Below, one piece after another: positions 37,688-47,485 of a DNA stretch of 59,888 bases. Position numbers and translations under genes: made by a program. The stretch is from a virus (Duplodnaviria > Caudoviricetes). The stretch lies in the IMG/VR virus record IMGVR_UViG_3300037461_000559, positions 1 to 59,888 of that record. The stretch is one strand, 5' to 3'. Positions within the stretch are counted from its first letter, which is position 1, and every line of letters starts with the position of its first letter. The notes below the pieces were generated by a model. The model did no database searches and had not been told where the DNA came from. It saw nothing but the letters and a program-made list of their open reading frames with translations.

Positions 37688-39201
37688 TCGTGGGCACCCC
37701 GGAAAACATCCCCCGGGGGTTGAATGAAATTTTCAGGGGGCTACCCCGGGCATACATGATTTTTATGCCCGGGGCACCCCCGGCCCCAGGGGAAAAACAA
37801 AAAGGCCGATACGATACCATCCGTGAAACTGCCACCGATGCGGTATGGCAGAATCACTTGGATGGCAAAGCCGAATTAGGCATCATCCCCATTTTGGACG
37901 ATGGGACGTGCTATTTCGGCGCGATTGACCTTGACATTTACAACTTGGATTTGGCCAGCGTAGAGGCCAAAATCCGTGCTAACAATCTGCCTCTTACCGT
38001 TTGCAGAACCAAAAGCGGGGGCGCGCACCTTTTTCTGTTTCTGAAAGAGCCCGTGAATGCCGGCAAGGTGCGGCAATCCCTTGGCACCTGGGCTATTGCC
38101 ATGGGATTTACAGAAACGGAAATTTTCCCCAAACAAGAACGCCTGGCCAACGATTCGGATGCCCTGGGCTGCTCAATCAATATGCCCTATTTCCATTCCA
38201 AGCGGACGACCCGGTATGCCATAGGGGAAAAGGGCGCGGTTTCGCTGGCCGAATTTTTAGCCCTGGCCAAGTCCAGACAGATAACGGAAAGCCAGTTAGA
38301 CAAGATTGAAGTGGCCACGGATGAAGTTTTAGAGGATGGGCCCCCTTGCTTACAATGCTTGGCCCAGGCCGGATTCCCGCGCGGAACGCGCAACAATGCC
38401 ATGTTCAATCTGATTGTCTATTGCAAATTGCGGTATGCCGATGATTGGAAAAGTCACGTTGACCATCTAAACCGAGCATACATGAATCCGCCGCTGGAAA
38501 GCACGGAAATTGCCGAATTGATCAAGACGCATGGCCGAAAAAAATACTTTTACACTTGCTCACAGGCCCCCCTTATTGGCGCGTGCAACAAGCAAATCTG
38601 CCTTACCAAGAAATTCGGAGTAGGCGAATCTGACGATGATCCAGGCGTTGTCTATGGCCAGATGATAAAAATTGAAACCGATCCGCCCATTTATTTGGTA
38701 GAAGTGGACGGGGTACAAATAGATTGTGATGCGGATACGCTGCGCAACCAGAATCGGTTTCGCACCCGCTGCATGGAAAAGACTAACAAATTGCCCAACC
38801 AGATCAAACACTGGGACAAACAGATCAAGAAATGGCTGGACAATATGCAATCCATCCCCGCTCCGCCGGATGCCGGCCGGGATGGCGAAACCTGGGCATT
38901 GGTAGAAGAATTCTGCACGGGTAGGATGCTGGCCAAGAGCCGGGAAGAAATCCTGCAAGGGCATCCCTGGGTCCAAAACGGCCGCACGTTTTTCCGTGGC
39001 AAGGATCTACGCACCTTCTTGACAAGGAAAAACTACAAAATCATGCCTGGGGAAATGTGGAAAATCATTTACAATAATCAAGGGGAACATACAAATCTTT
39101 CCATCCGTGGCAAAGCAATCAGCGTGTATTCCGTGCCTACTTTCACGGCCCAAGATTCCGCGTTTGATATTCCTGGCCTGGACAACCAGGGGGAAATATG
39201 A
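37684..39201 (+). CDS. Archaeo-eukaryotic-type primase with PriCT-like region
   Basis: GAIDLD, RTKSGGAHLFLF, EIFPKQ, INMPY; GPPCL..RNNAMF. Confidence 0.8.
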   Translation: MIVGTPENIPRGLNEIFRGLPRAYMIFMPGAPPAPGEKQKGRYDTIRETATDAVWQNHLDGKAELGIIPILDDGTCYFGAIDLDIYNLDLASVEAKIRANNLPLTVCRTKSGGAHLFLFLKEPVNAGKVRQSLGTWAIAMGFTETEIFPKQERLANDSDALGCSINMPYFHSKRTTRYAIGEKGAVSLAEFLALAKSRQITESQLDKIEVATDEVLEDGPPCLQCLAQAGFPRGTRNNAMFNLIVYCKLRYADDWKSHVDHLNRAYMNPPLESTEIAELIKTHGRKKYFYTCSQAPLIGACNKQICLTKKFGVGESDDDPGVVYGQMIKIETDPPIYLVEVDGVQIDCDADTLRNQNRFRTRCMEKTNKLPNQIKHWDKQIKKWLDNMQSIPAPPDAGRDGETWALVEEFCTGRMLAKSREEILQGHPWVQNGRTFFRGKDLRTFLTRKNYKIMPGEMWKIIYNNQGEHTNLSIRGKAISVYSVPTFTAQDSAFDIPGLDNQGEI

Positions 39202-40679
39202 GCACCCATCTGGTTTTGGGAGGGCCCGGGGCCGGCAAAACGAGCCGGCTGCTAGATTGCATGGAAGAAACCATGGTTTCCCTGAAAGACCCGGCGCGCG
39301 TGGCATACGTTTCCTTTACGAATGCTGCCACGGATGATGCCAAGGCCAGGGCCATGGAACGGCTGGGCCTAGAAGATGAAAAGAGTATCCCCTATTTCTC
39401 AACCATTCATGCCCTGGCTTTCCGCGAAATGAAATTGCGCCGGGAACAGGTTTTTACCGGGCAGCACGTCACGGAATTTGGAAACTGGATCGGCGCGCCC
39501 ATTTCCGGATCCAAGGCCCGCGATTTCCTAGACGAAGGAATAGTCACGGGGGTTGGGCACGGGGACAGGATGCTTTTCCTTTACGGGCTGGCCCGGGCCA
39601 CCCGTCAAAAACTGGAAACGGTCTGGGAACAACGGAATGCCGAATTTGATGTGGAATGGTGGGAAATGGACCGCTTTGCCAGGGGCCTGGACGCATTCAA
39701 ACAGCACAGGGGCCTACTGGATTTTCCTGATATGCTTGACCGCTATTTGGAGCGCGGGGAACCGATCCCCGTGGACGTGGCCATAATTGATGAAGGCCAG
39801 GATTTGAGCCGTCACCAATGGGAAGTGATAGACAAGGCCTTTGCCAATGCAAGTGAAGTTGTGATCGCTGGGGACGATGATCAATGTATCCACGCCTGGA
39901 ATGGCGCGGACATAAATCACTTTATGAATTTGAAGGCAACCGTTGCCGTCCTGAAAAAATCGCATAGGATGCCCAGAAACATTTTCGATTTCGCTGCCAA
40001 GATCGCAAACAGGATGAGCACCCGGTATGAAAAAGTCTGGGAGCCCCGGGACGGGGATCCTGGGCGCGTGGAACGCATTTTGTCTTATGAAAACCTGGAC
40101 CTTTCTTTGCCTGGGACGTGGTACATACTTGCCAGAAACCATTTTATCGTCAAGGAAGTAGAAACATGGCTCAAAGACCAGGGCATCATTTTTTCCAGCC
40201 GGTTTGGGAATTCCGTGGATCCTGCGGAACGGGAGGCGATTGAAACCTGGCAACGGCTGCAAGCCGGGGGATCCGCGTCATTACCCGAAGCAACGAGCGT
40301 GCTGCGCATGACCGGATCCAGAAAAACCGTAACGGAAACCAGGCCGTATGCAGGGCTTGAATTGTTTTCCGAAGCCATGCTGAAATGCGAGTGGGACACG
40401 GCCCTGCACAGGATCCATCCGTTGCAGCGCGGATACTACCGGCGCGTGATGCGCGCCAATGGCCGGCTGGACGGGAAACCACGGATCTACACAGGCACAA
40501 TCCATTCCGTGAAAGGGGGGGAAGCCGACAATGTTTGCATCCTACCGGACATGGCCCGCAACACCTGGCTTGGTGATGAAGGGGACAACGAGCACCGGGT
40601 AGCATACGTTGCTGCAAGCCGCGCGAAACAAACCCTTTGGATTTGCGAACCGCAAGGAAAGTGGTGGTATGAGTATTAA
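39198..40679 (+). CDS. UvrD/Rep-like SF1 helicase
   Basis: GGPGAGKT, SFTN, STIHAL, IDEGQD, AGDDDQCI, TIHSVKGGEAD, YVAASRAK. Confidence 0.93.
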   Translation: MSTHLVLGGPGAGKTSRLLDCMEETMVSLKDPARVAYVSFTNAATDDAKARAMERLGLEDEKSIPYFSTIHALAFREMKLRREQVFTGQHVTEFGNWIGAPISGSKARDFLDEGIVTGVGHGDRMLFLYGLARATRQKLETVWEQRNAEFDVEWWEMDRFARGLDAFKQHRGLLDFPDMLDRYLERGEPIPVDVAIIDEGQDLSRHQWEVIDKAFANASEVVIAGDDDQCIHAWNGADINHFMNLKATVAVLKKSHRMPRNIFDFAAKIANRMSTRYEKVWEPRDGDPGRVERILSYENLDLSLPGTWYILARNHFIVKEVETWLKDQGIIFSSRFGNSVDPAEREAIETWQRLQAGGSASLPEATSVLRMTGSRKTVTETRPYAGLELFSEAMLKCEWDTALHRIHPLQRGYYRRVMRANGRLDGKPRIYTGTIHSVKGGEADNVCILPDMARNTWLGDEGDNEHRVAYVAASRAKQTLWICEPQGKWWYEY

Positions 40680-41109
40680 AAAACGTGGATATATCGCCAA
40701 GGCAAAGCGGGCTGATTGGCAGACCCCGGATGATCTGTACGCCCGGCTACATGAAATTTTCAAATTCAATTTTGACCCGTGCCCCCCGAATCCAACGTGG
40801 GATGGACTGTGCATATCCTGGGGCACCAGGGCATATTGCAATCCCCCGTACAACGCCCTGTGGGCTTGGATTGAAAAGGCATGGCAGGAAGCCCAAGAGG
40901 GAAAACTGGTTGTCATGCTGATACCGGCAAGGACGGACACAAAGGCATGGCAAGAGTTTATTTTCAAGGACGCAACGGAAATTTGGTTTGTGAAAGGCAG
41001 GATCGTTTTCAAAGGTGCCAAGGCCGGCGCGCCGTTTCCGAGTGCCGTGGTGATTTTTGACGGGAAACGTGGCCTGGGCAATCCCCGGGTGAAGGGGTGG
41101 GAATGGTAG
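40669..41109 (+). CDS. Phage DNA N6-adenine methyltransferase (Dam-type)
   Basis: WQTP..FDPC..YCNPPY..LIPARTDT..GAPFPS. Confidence 0.9.
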   Translation: MSIKKRGYIAKAKRADWQTPDDLYARLHEIFKFNFDPCPPNPTWDGLCISWGTRAYCNPPYNALWAWIEKAWQEAQEGKLVVMLIPARTDTKAWQEFIFKDATEIWFVKGRIVFKGAKAGAPFPSAVVIFDGKRGLGNPRVKGWEW

Positions 41110-41340
41110 ATGCTCACCTATAAATGCGACCAATGCGGGGTGCAGCAAGTATCCGTGGCCAATATCACAGCGGATACTTGCCCTGCGTGCCGGCGTGGCC
41201 GAATGCAACCGGCGGACACGGGGGAAGTAACGCTGACAGCGGTTTGTGAATGCGGGAACGTGGAACGGGTAAAAATGATTAATGGCCAGGCCGAAGTGGA
41301 TTGTTTCAAGTGCGGTAAAACGGAAAGGGTGGTGCTATAA
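41110..41340 (+). CDS. Double zinc-ribbon protein
   Basis: CDQC, CPAC, CEC, CFKC. Confidence 0.75.
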   Translation: MLTYKCDQCGVQQVSVANITADTCPACRRGRMQPADTGEVTLTAVCECGNVERVKMINGQAEVDCFKCGKTERVVL

Positions 41341-41596
41341 TGAGGGAAAGTAATTTGGTGCATGGCTTGGTTTTGGGAGAAACGAAAGTAAAAGATAGGT
41401 TGACCGGATTAGAAGGCACGGCCATGACCGCAATAGAATATTCCACGGAAGGGGTGGAAGTAGGAATTTTACCTTCGACACTCCACGATGGAGTGCCGCA
41501 TAGTCTCGTATATATCCAGTTAGGAAGAATCGAAACTATGGAACAACGGCCGAGCCGAAGTGGATTGTTTCAAGCGCGGTAAAACGGAAAGGGTGG
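41290..41596 (+). repeat. 43-bp direct repeat (42/43 identical) at 41290-41332 and 41554-41596
   Basis: GCCGAAGTGGATTGTTTCAAG(T/C)GCGGTAAAACGGAAAGGGTGG. Confidence 0.93.
41340..41582 (+). CDS. Hypothetical protein (80 aa)
   Basis: TAATG coupling; KVKDRLTGLEG. Confidence 0.7.
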   Translation: MRESNLVHGLVLGETKVKDRLTGLEGTAMTAIEYSTEGVEVGILPSTLHDGVPHSLVYIQLGRIETMEQRPSRSGLFQAR

Positions 41597-41603
41597 AAAT
41601 GCC

Positions 41604-41783
41604 ATGAAACCGATTTTGGATTTTTGTGGATCGCACCCATGGCTGACCTTACTTTTTGCGGTGGCCATTTACGAAACAACCGCCAATATCTGCAAAACCA
41701 TTATCCAAGTGGCGATTGTTTTGAAGGGAAATAGCGAGAAGAAAACGGGAAAGGAAAACGAAAATGGAAAAGCCGCCGTTTGA
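41604..41783 (+). CDS. Small membrane protein (59 aa, below ORF-track cutoff)
   Basis: MKPILDFCGSHPWLTLLFAVAIY.., translated by hand. Confidence 0.55.
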   Translation: MKPILDFCGSHPWLTLLFAVAIYETTANICKTIIQVAIVLKGNSEKKTGKENENGKAAV

Positions 41784-42333
41784 TGTGGTAGTGGCCACGG
41801 TAGAAGAATTGCAAAACAGGTTTTATCTTGCCCTTGAAAAAAAGTTAGAGGGTGTCATAGGTGGACCTGTTTCCCACGAAATGCTGAAAAAGGTTTGCGC
41901 TGAAATAATAGTGGAGCATATCAGGCCACTTCATACTTTGACGGATGATCTTTCCGTGGAAAAAGATCCGAACGATCCTAGCCGATTGATTATGACTTTT
42001 TCCAGGCCTGTCTTTATCGGGATCAACGAAACGGGAAAGGAAAACGGAAATGACCTTGGAAGAAATGACCGATGCCCTGGTGGACTGGATTTACGCTGAA
42101 AGCCAGCGTATCAGGGGGGAACGGGTATATCGGCCAAAAATGCCAGGAGTAATAATTCTGACTCTATGCAATTCATCCTTGAACCGCAATCTGGCCAGCC
42201 GGACATTGAAACGGTTTTCCCAACACATAAATTGGGGACTGAAAAGAAAACCGATTCAGTATCAGATAAAGGAAATCCACTATCCTCTGGTTTTTGTAGA
42301 ATTTGAAACGGGAAAGGAAAACGGAAATGACCT
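41743..42333 (+). repeat. RBS/start repeat GAAACGGGAAAGGAAAACGGAAATGACCT
   Basis: Identical 29-mers at 42028-42056 and 42305-42333; near copy at 41743-41766. Confidence 0.92.
41764..42099 (+). CDS. Hypothetical protein
   Basis: Starts at the repeated RBS motif. Confidence 0.65.
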   Translation: MEKPPFDVVVATVEELQNRFYLALEKKLEGVIGGPVSHEMLKKVCAEIIVEHIRPLHTLTDDLSVEKDPNDPSRLIMTFSRPVFIGINETGKENGNDLGRNDRCPGGLDLR

Positions 42334-42349
42334 GGGCACCACCGACTGA
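42050..42349 (+). CDS. Hypothetical protein
   Basis: Starts at the repeated RBS motif. Confidence 0.6.
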   Translation: MTLEEMTDALVDWIYAESQRIRGERVYRPKMPGVIILTLCNSSLNRNLASRTLKRFSQHINWGLKRKPIQYQIKEIHYPLVFVEFETGKENGNDLGTTD

Positions 42350-44201
42350 ATTTCCTAATCTGGAAGCCGCGAAAATCATAGCCATAGACTGTGAAACCAG
42401 GGATCCGGACCTAAAAGAAAAGGGCCCTGGGACGCATAGAGGGTCATACATAATCGGTATCTCCGTGGCCGTGGACGGCTGGAAAGGGTATTTCCCTATC
42501 CGGCATGACAACGGCGGGAACATGGATCCGGATGCCGTGTTGGCCTGGGCCCGGGATGAATTGTGCCGCCCGAAACAAGCCAAGGTGGGCATGAACATTA
42601 TCTACGATTTGGAATTCTTGTACGCGGCCGGCGTGCCCGTATCAGGGCCCTTTGCCGATGTTGGAATTGCCGATGCCTTGCTGGATGAAACGTACAATTC
42701 CTATAACCTGGAAGCAATCGGCCAACGGGTATTGAAAGAGGGCAAGGCAGAGGATGCCTTACGGATAGTGGCATTACAGCACGGCATCAAAGGAAACTAC
42801 AAAGAATTCCTGTGGCAACTACCGGCCAGCGCGGTTGGGGAATATGCCGAACAGGATGCGGCCATTTGCTTGCGGATTTGGGAAAAGCATTTGGCCCTGC
42901 TGCGCGACCAGGATTTATTGCGCGTGGCCAATCTTGAATTCCGGCAAATTCCAATCCTGCTGGCCATGCGCCAAAACGGCGTGCGCGTGGACGTTGAAGG
43001 CGCGCAGCGCATGGTGGAATTGTTTTTGGAAACGGAACGGACGTACCAAAAAGAAGTGGATGAAGCCGCTGGCAGCCCGATAGACGTGGATGCCCCAAAC
43101 CAACTGGCCATGCTGGCTGATAAAATTGGGGTGGCCTACCCGCGCACGGAAAAAAGCAAACTGCCAAGTTTCACGCAATCTTGGATGGATAAATGTGCCC
43201 ATCCTATCATTCGGCGCGTGGTAGAAATCCGTAAACTCCGCAAATTTCGGGGCACGTTCTTGGAAAATGCTATCCTGGGAAATCAGATTGATGGCCGGAT
43301 CTATTGCCGGTACAACCAGATGCGCGGAGAAGATGATTTTGGGAACCGCAGCGGAACCGTGATCGGCCGGTATTCCTGCGATAACCCCAACCTGCAACAA
43401 ATTCCATCCCGGGATTTGAAATTCGGGAAGAAGGTACGGGAATTGTTTTTGCCAGAACCGGGCCACGTTTGGGTGAAACTGGACTATTCCCAGATTGAGC
43501 CCCGGATTGCCGTGCATTTTGGAGAAGGGCCAGACGCCATGGCCATGTGGGAAAAGTACGCGGAAAACCCTGAAATGGATTGCTACAACGCCATGATGGC
43601 GGGCATGACCGGGGTAACAAGATCCCAGATCAAAATCGCATTCCTGGGGTCCATGTACGGGATGGGTGCCCCCAAATTCGCGGCCACCCTGGGATTGCCA
43701 GAAGAAGAAGCAACGGCCGTGCGAGAAGCGTTTTTTACCGGGGCCCCTTACATTCGATCCCTGGCCAAAAAAGCATCTGGCCTGGCCAGTGAACGGGGGT
43801 ATGTGCGCACGATTCTGGGCCGGCGGCGGCATTTCAGTCTTTGGGAGCCGGCCGACAACACGAAAACAGGGGATCCGTTGCCGTATGAGGCAGCGGTTAA
43901 AGAATATGGCAAGAATTTAAGGCGTACTGGAACGCACAAGGCCATTCAGAGCGTGATTTGCGGGAGTGCGGCGGACACCCTGAAAACGGCCATGGCCCAG
44001 GTTTGGGAATGCGGGATATGCAGCACCCTGGGCGCGCCCCTTATGACCGTGCATGATGAATTGGATTTCTCCGTGCCGGCTGGACAAGAAGGGGAAAACG
44101 CGATACAAACAGTGAAAGAAATTATGGAAAGTGCCCTGGAATTCAAGGTGCCGTTGCTGGTGGACGTTGAAAGAGGGCCAAACTGGGGTGAAGTGAAATG
44201 A
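42327..44201 (+). CDS. polA: Family A DNA polymerase with 3'-5' exonuclease
   Basis: AIDCET; PNLQQIP; DYSQIEPR; KIAFLGSMYG; TVHDEL. Confidence 0.96.
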   Translation: MTWAPPTEFPNLEAAKIIAIDCETRDPDLKEKGPGTHRGSYIIGISVAVDGWKGYFPIRHDNGGNMDPDAVLAWARDELCRPKQAKVGMNIIYDLEFLYAAGVPVSGPFADVGIADALLDETYNSYNLEAIGQRVLKEGKAEDALRIVALQHGIKGNYKEFLWQLPASAVGEYAEQDAAICLRIWEKHLALLRDQDLLRVANLEFRQIPILLAMRQNGVRVDVEGAQRMVELFLETERTYQKEVDEAAGSPIDVDAPNQLAMLADKIGVAYPRTEKSKLPSFTQSWMDKCAHPIIRRVVEIRKLRKFRGTFLENAILGNQIDGRIYCRYNQMRGEDDFGNRSGTVIGRYSCDNPNLQQIPSRDLKFGKKVRELFLPEPGHVWVKLDYSQIEPRIAVHFGEGPDAMAMWEKYAENPEMDCYNAMMAGMTGVTRSQIKIAFLGSMYGMGAPKFAATLGLPEEEATAVREAFFTGAPYIRSLAKKASGLASERGYVRTILGRRRHFSLWEPADNTKTGDPLPYEAAVKEYGKNLRRTGTHKAIQSVICGSAADTLKTAMAQVWECGICSTLGAPLMTVHDELDFSVPAGQEGENAIQTVKEIMESALEFKVPLLVDVERGPNWGEVK

Positions 44202-44587
44202 GCGGATCCAACGGTCACAAGCCCAGGCAGCCCATTGTCTATGTGGCGTGCCCTTACTTGCACGCGGATCCGGACATTCGCCTTGCCAGGGTCCGTGCAG
44301 CGGCCCAGGCAACCATGCTGCTGGCCTTGCGCGGCGTGGTGGCGTATTCCCCGCTTTCTCACAGTTTCGGTGTCCTTACTCAATCCGGGCAGGATGCCAT
44401 TCCAGAATCCTATTGGCTGGATCACGGCCTAGCCATGCTGGGTTGCTGCGCAGCCATGATGGTGGTTTGTATCCCTGGCTGGGAACAGTCCAACGGGGTG
44501 CGAAACGAAATAGAATATGCAGTAAGCCACGGAATTCCTGTCTGGTATTTCTCCCCTGGGGTGGTTGGCGCGCCCATGGGAATTTAG
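44198..44587 (+). CDS. DUF1937-like protein (nucleoside deoxyribosyltransferase-like fold)
   Basis: YVACPY..YSPLSHS..W..PGWEQSNGVRNEIEYA..GIPV. Confidence 0.8.
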   Translation: MSGSNGHKPRQPIVYVACPYLHADPDIRLARVRAAAQATMLLALRGVVAYSPLSHSFGVLTQSGQDAIPESYWLDHGLAMLGCCAAMMVVCIPGWEQSNGVRNEIEYAVSHGIPVWYFSPGVVGAPMGI

Positions 44588-44603
44588 GTGTAGGAGAAGC
44601 GGC

Positions 44604-45050
44604 ATGGTCCATGCCAAGGAATCCTCTTTTTGGCGGTCTGTACGGGCCGGCCTGATGGCGGCCGGGTCGCCTTCTATCCACGTCCAGAGGCATGAGGATT
44701 GCGCAGCGGAGGGCATCCCAGACGTGTCTTACGGGCTGGGGGGCCAGGTACAGGGCTGGATTGAATTGAAAGTGATTCCAGGGTGGCCCAGGCGCGCAGA
44801 AACTCCCGTGAGGATCCCGCACCTGACCGATATGCAAAAGGCCTGGCTACGGGCCCGGGGGATGGCCGGAGGCCGGTGTTTCCTGCTGCTGCGGGTGGCC
44901 ACAACCGATTCCCTGCTGTTTGGCTGGCAAGCCATTGGCTTCCTGGGCCAGATCAACAAGAAAGAAATGGAACGCATGGCCCTGGCCCGCTGGGGGTATA
45001 GTCTGGATTATACAGAATTGGCGAGTATCCTTCTTCATGGATCTCACTAA
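44604..45050 (+). CDS. PD-(D/E)xK nuclease / Holliday-junction resolvase-like (VRR-NUC-like)
   Basis: GIPDVS..WIELK..QKAWL..AGG. Confidence 0.85.
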   Translation: MVHAKESSFWRSVRAGLMAAGSPSIHVQRHEDCAAEGIPDVSYGLGGQVQGWIELKVIPGWPRRAETPVRIPHLTDMQKAWLRARGMAGGRCFLLLRVATTDSLLFGWQAIGFLGQINKKEMERMALARWGYSLDYTELASILLHGSH

Positions 45051-45639
45051 ACTTACCTTGGGGGAATGCTGCCAGATCAACCGCCGGCGCGCGAAAAAGA
45101 ACCAGCGGGCCGTGGCCAAGGAAATGGGCGTGACCAGACAGGCGGTTTCCCTCTGGGAAGTAGGCCAATTTACCCAGAATGCCCCCGAATGGATGCTTGC
45201 GCCCGTGGACGTGAAAGGCCTGGATCCCGCCGAACGGGTGTATATTCTCCGGAAACGGCTGCGCCTTTACCAAGTCACGGCTGCGCCCCTGATTGCCAAG
45301 ACGTTCAAGATCCGATCCCAGGAATTGTCCGATGCTGAATGCGGCCGGCGCAATCCTAATGACGTGCTCCGCGTGCTGGAAAAAATGTATGCGGAAGCCG
45401 CACCGCAAAAGCCACCTTCTGCCAACATCTTGGATTGGGATGCTGCCTGGGTGGAATGGGCAGAAAAGACGATCAAGGACCGAAAAGAACGTAACAGGAT
45501 TATCAAATTGGTGGCTGGCACCCCAGCCAGGACCGTCCCCAATATCCGCCACAAACCAAGAAATTCAAAAAATATCAAAGGCCAACCACCAATCAATTTT
45601 TTAGAAAGGGAAACGGAAAATGGACGCGAAAAAAATTGA
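45037..45639 (+). CDS. XRE-family HTH protein, probably two HTH modules
   Basis: RRRAKKNQRAVAKEMGVTRQAVSLWE; LRKRLRLYQ..SQELSDAECG. Confidence 0.75.
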   Translation: MDLTKLTLGECCQINRRRAKKNQRAVAKEMGVTRQAVSLWEVGQFTQNAPEWMLAPVDVKGLDPAERVYILRKRLRLYQVTAAPLIAKTFKIRSQELSDAECGRRNPNDVLRVLEKMYAEAAPQKPPSANILDWDAAWVEWAEKTIKDRKERNRIIKLVAGTPARTVPNIRHKPRNSKNIKGQPPINFLERETENGREKN

Positions 45640-46504
45640 ATTGTTCAACAAGGGGGCAAGAGAACGGCTGCGGCCCAGGTACGCGAAAAATTTGGAAGCC
45701 AACCTGGCCCAGATCCCAGCCCCGTGGCCGGGGATAATTAGCCAGCGGGGGAAGCACAAGAACCGGGCCGCGATCCTGGTAGGCGCGGGCCCCAGCGTTG
45801 CCGACCAAAAGGAATTGCTCCGCTTGGCTTGCGTTCACCCGGATATTGACGTGATCGCCGTGAACCGGGCCGCAGCCCATATCCCGCATACGCACGTTTT
45901 CGGGATCACCACCTATCCGGAAATAAAGGAACACCTTACCTATCCCCGGATGCCATTGGAAACCTTGATCACGTCCAGCACGGTTTTCCCTGGGGCCATT
46001 AAAGCGTGGATAGACAATACCCCAGGAAACGAGAAACCCCAGATGCTATTTTTTCACATGGCTGCCGGGGAAGAAGTACCGGAATTGTACGGGAAGAATT
46101 GTGAGCCAAGGACCGGACCCATTGGCCGGATTGATTCTGCCGGCATGGTTTCTACGCAACTAATCAGATTTGCCATGTACTGTGGATATTCCTACATTGT
46201 CTGTGTCGGGTATGATTTTGTTTTGACTGGCGGTTGGGTGGACGTTTCCAGAACCAAACGGATGGAAGATATGGGATTGACCCCTGACAAACTGTTTTGG
46301 ATCGAATCCCTGAATGCTTTTACCACGCAAAACCTGGCCTTGGCCTATTTGATTTTCGCGGAAGAAATAAAGGAAACGTGGAAAGAATTGAACGGGAAAC
46401 TAATAAACTGTACGGAGCATGGCACCTGGGAAAAGCAAATGGAATTGGCCACTTTCTTGGAACAATGCGGAATTGCTACGGGTGGCGATTCCTCAACAGG
46501 TTGA
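45620..46504 (+). CDS. MptE-like / Maf (DUF115) family transferase
   Basis: AILVGAGPS, IAVN, GYSYIVCVGYDF, LINCTEHG. Confidence 0.7.
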   Translation: MDAKKIELFNKGARERLRPRYAKNLEANLAQIPAPWPGIISQRGKHKNRAAILVGAGPSVADQKELLRLACVHPDIDVIAVNRAAAHIPHTHVFGITTYPEIKEHLTYPRMPLETLITSSTVFPGAIKAWIDNTPGNEKPQMLFFHMAAGEEVPELYGKNCEPRTGPIGRIDSAGMVSTQLIRFAMYCGYSYIVCVGYDFVLTGGWVDVSRTKRMEDMGLTPDKLFWIESLNAFTTQNLALAYLIFAEEIKETWKELNGKLINCTEHGTWEKQMELATFLEQCGIATGGDSSTG

Positions 46505-46537
46505 TAAAGAATAATACCACCAGGACACCCATGGCAA

Positions 46538-47107
46538 TCAGGGCTGTAAACGCCCCTTGGTCTGTGTATGCCATTTTGGTACGTTCCTTAAATCCCAACG
46601 CTCGGCATCGTACTTGTTACCTGCATACCGGCCCGTACAGTGAACCACATAGACTTTCAGCCGGGCCTTGCCGTATTTCTTGAACCCCAGGGCTTCGGCC
46701 GTGGCGCGGGAACAGTCAATCGAAGTCCACCTGTATCCATCATCATGCACTTCATTATACAACGGATGGGTGGCATAGGTCACGGGGCCAAAATCATTGG
46801 TCAATACCTGCACCATCACCCCATTAAATTCCAGGTCTAGAATAGATTTTCGCATGAAAACATTAGAGGCCATAGTCAACTTGTCGCCTTTGAATGGGGT
46901 GCCATCAGAATTGCGGAGGCCTTTGCCCGGTCCATACCATGTTGCCCAGTGGTACTCAAACGGGCCACGGGGCAGAGGCAATTCCCATTGTGGCAACGGG
47001 ATAGCCGGTATAGGTTTACTTGGGGTGCATTCTCGATAAACAAACGTGCCGGCGGCAATAACCAGCAGGAAGAAAAACGCCATGCTTACACGGGGAGCGG
47101 AGATCAC
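46538..47107 (-). CDS. RlpA-like double-psi beta-barrel (lytic transglycosylase-like) protein with N-terminal membrane anchor
   Basis: ATWYG..GTPF..LTMAS..NDFGP..IDCSRATAEALG. Confidence 0.8.
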   Translation of the reverse strand: MISAPRVSMAFFFLLVIAAGTFVYRECTPSKPIPAIPLPQWELPLPRGPFEYHWATWYGPGKGLRNSDGTPFKGDKLTMASNVFMRKSILDLEFNGVMVQVLTNDFGPVTYATHPLYNEVHDDGYRWTSIDCSRATAEALGFKKYGKARLKVYVVHCTGRYAGNKYDAERWDLRNVPKWHTQTKGRLQP

Positions 47108-47464
47108 TTACCGTCTTTCTTCTTTTCTGTTATTGGTGTCTTGCTCGGGGCAATCCTTGACACATACCACGTCCCCTATTTCATGGCTGCTATACATTTC
47201 TTTTGAAATGTATTTTTTGACGTAGGCAACTTTGTTTTTCTTTTTGTCGTACCCCTCAACTTTAATAATGAAATCTTCTCCGTCATAGACCCAAAACGGA
47301 ATAGGCATCAGGATTGTAGTTTTCCCGGTGCTGGTTGGCACAAAGATCATAGTCATGTACTGGGTTTCTGGCTCGTATATTTTCTTGACTATCTTTCCTT
47401 CATCGAAAGGTGCAGAACATCCAGCCACTACGATTGCCACCAGAAACAAGATACGCAGGTTCAT
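47108..47464 (-). CDS. Putative lipoprotein
   Basis: MNLRILFLVAIVVAGC lipobox. Confidence 0.75.
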   Translation of the reverse strand: MNLRILFLVAIVVAGCSAPFDEGKIVKKIYEPETQYMTMIFVPTSTGKTTILMPIPFWVYDGEDFIIKVEGYDKKKNKVAYVKKYISKEMYSSHEIGDVVCVKDCPEQDTNNRKEERR

Positions 47465-47485
47465 GGCCGGGCATTCCTTTCTTTC

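Noticed and set aside
4925-44425. Numerous long antisense ORFs (e.g. 17725-19212, 23327-24463, 12657-13643)
   Set aside because: Shadows of well-supported plus-strand genes in GC-rich DNA
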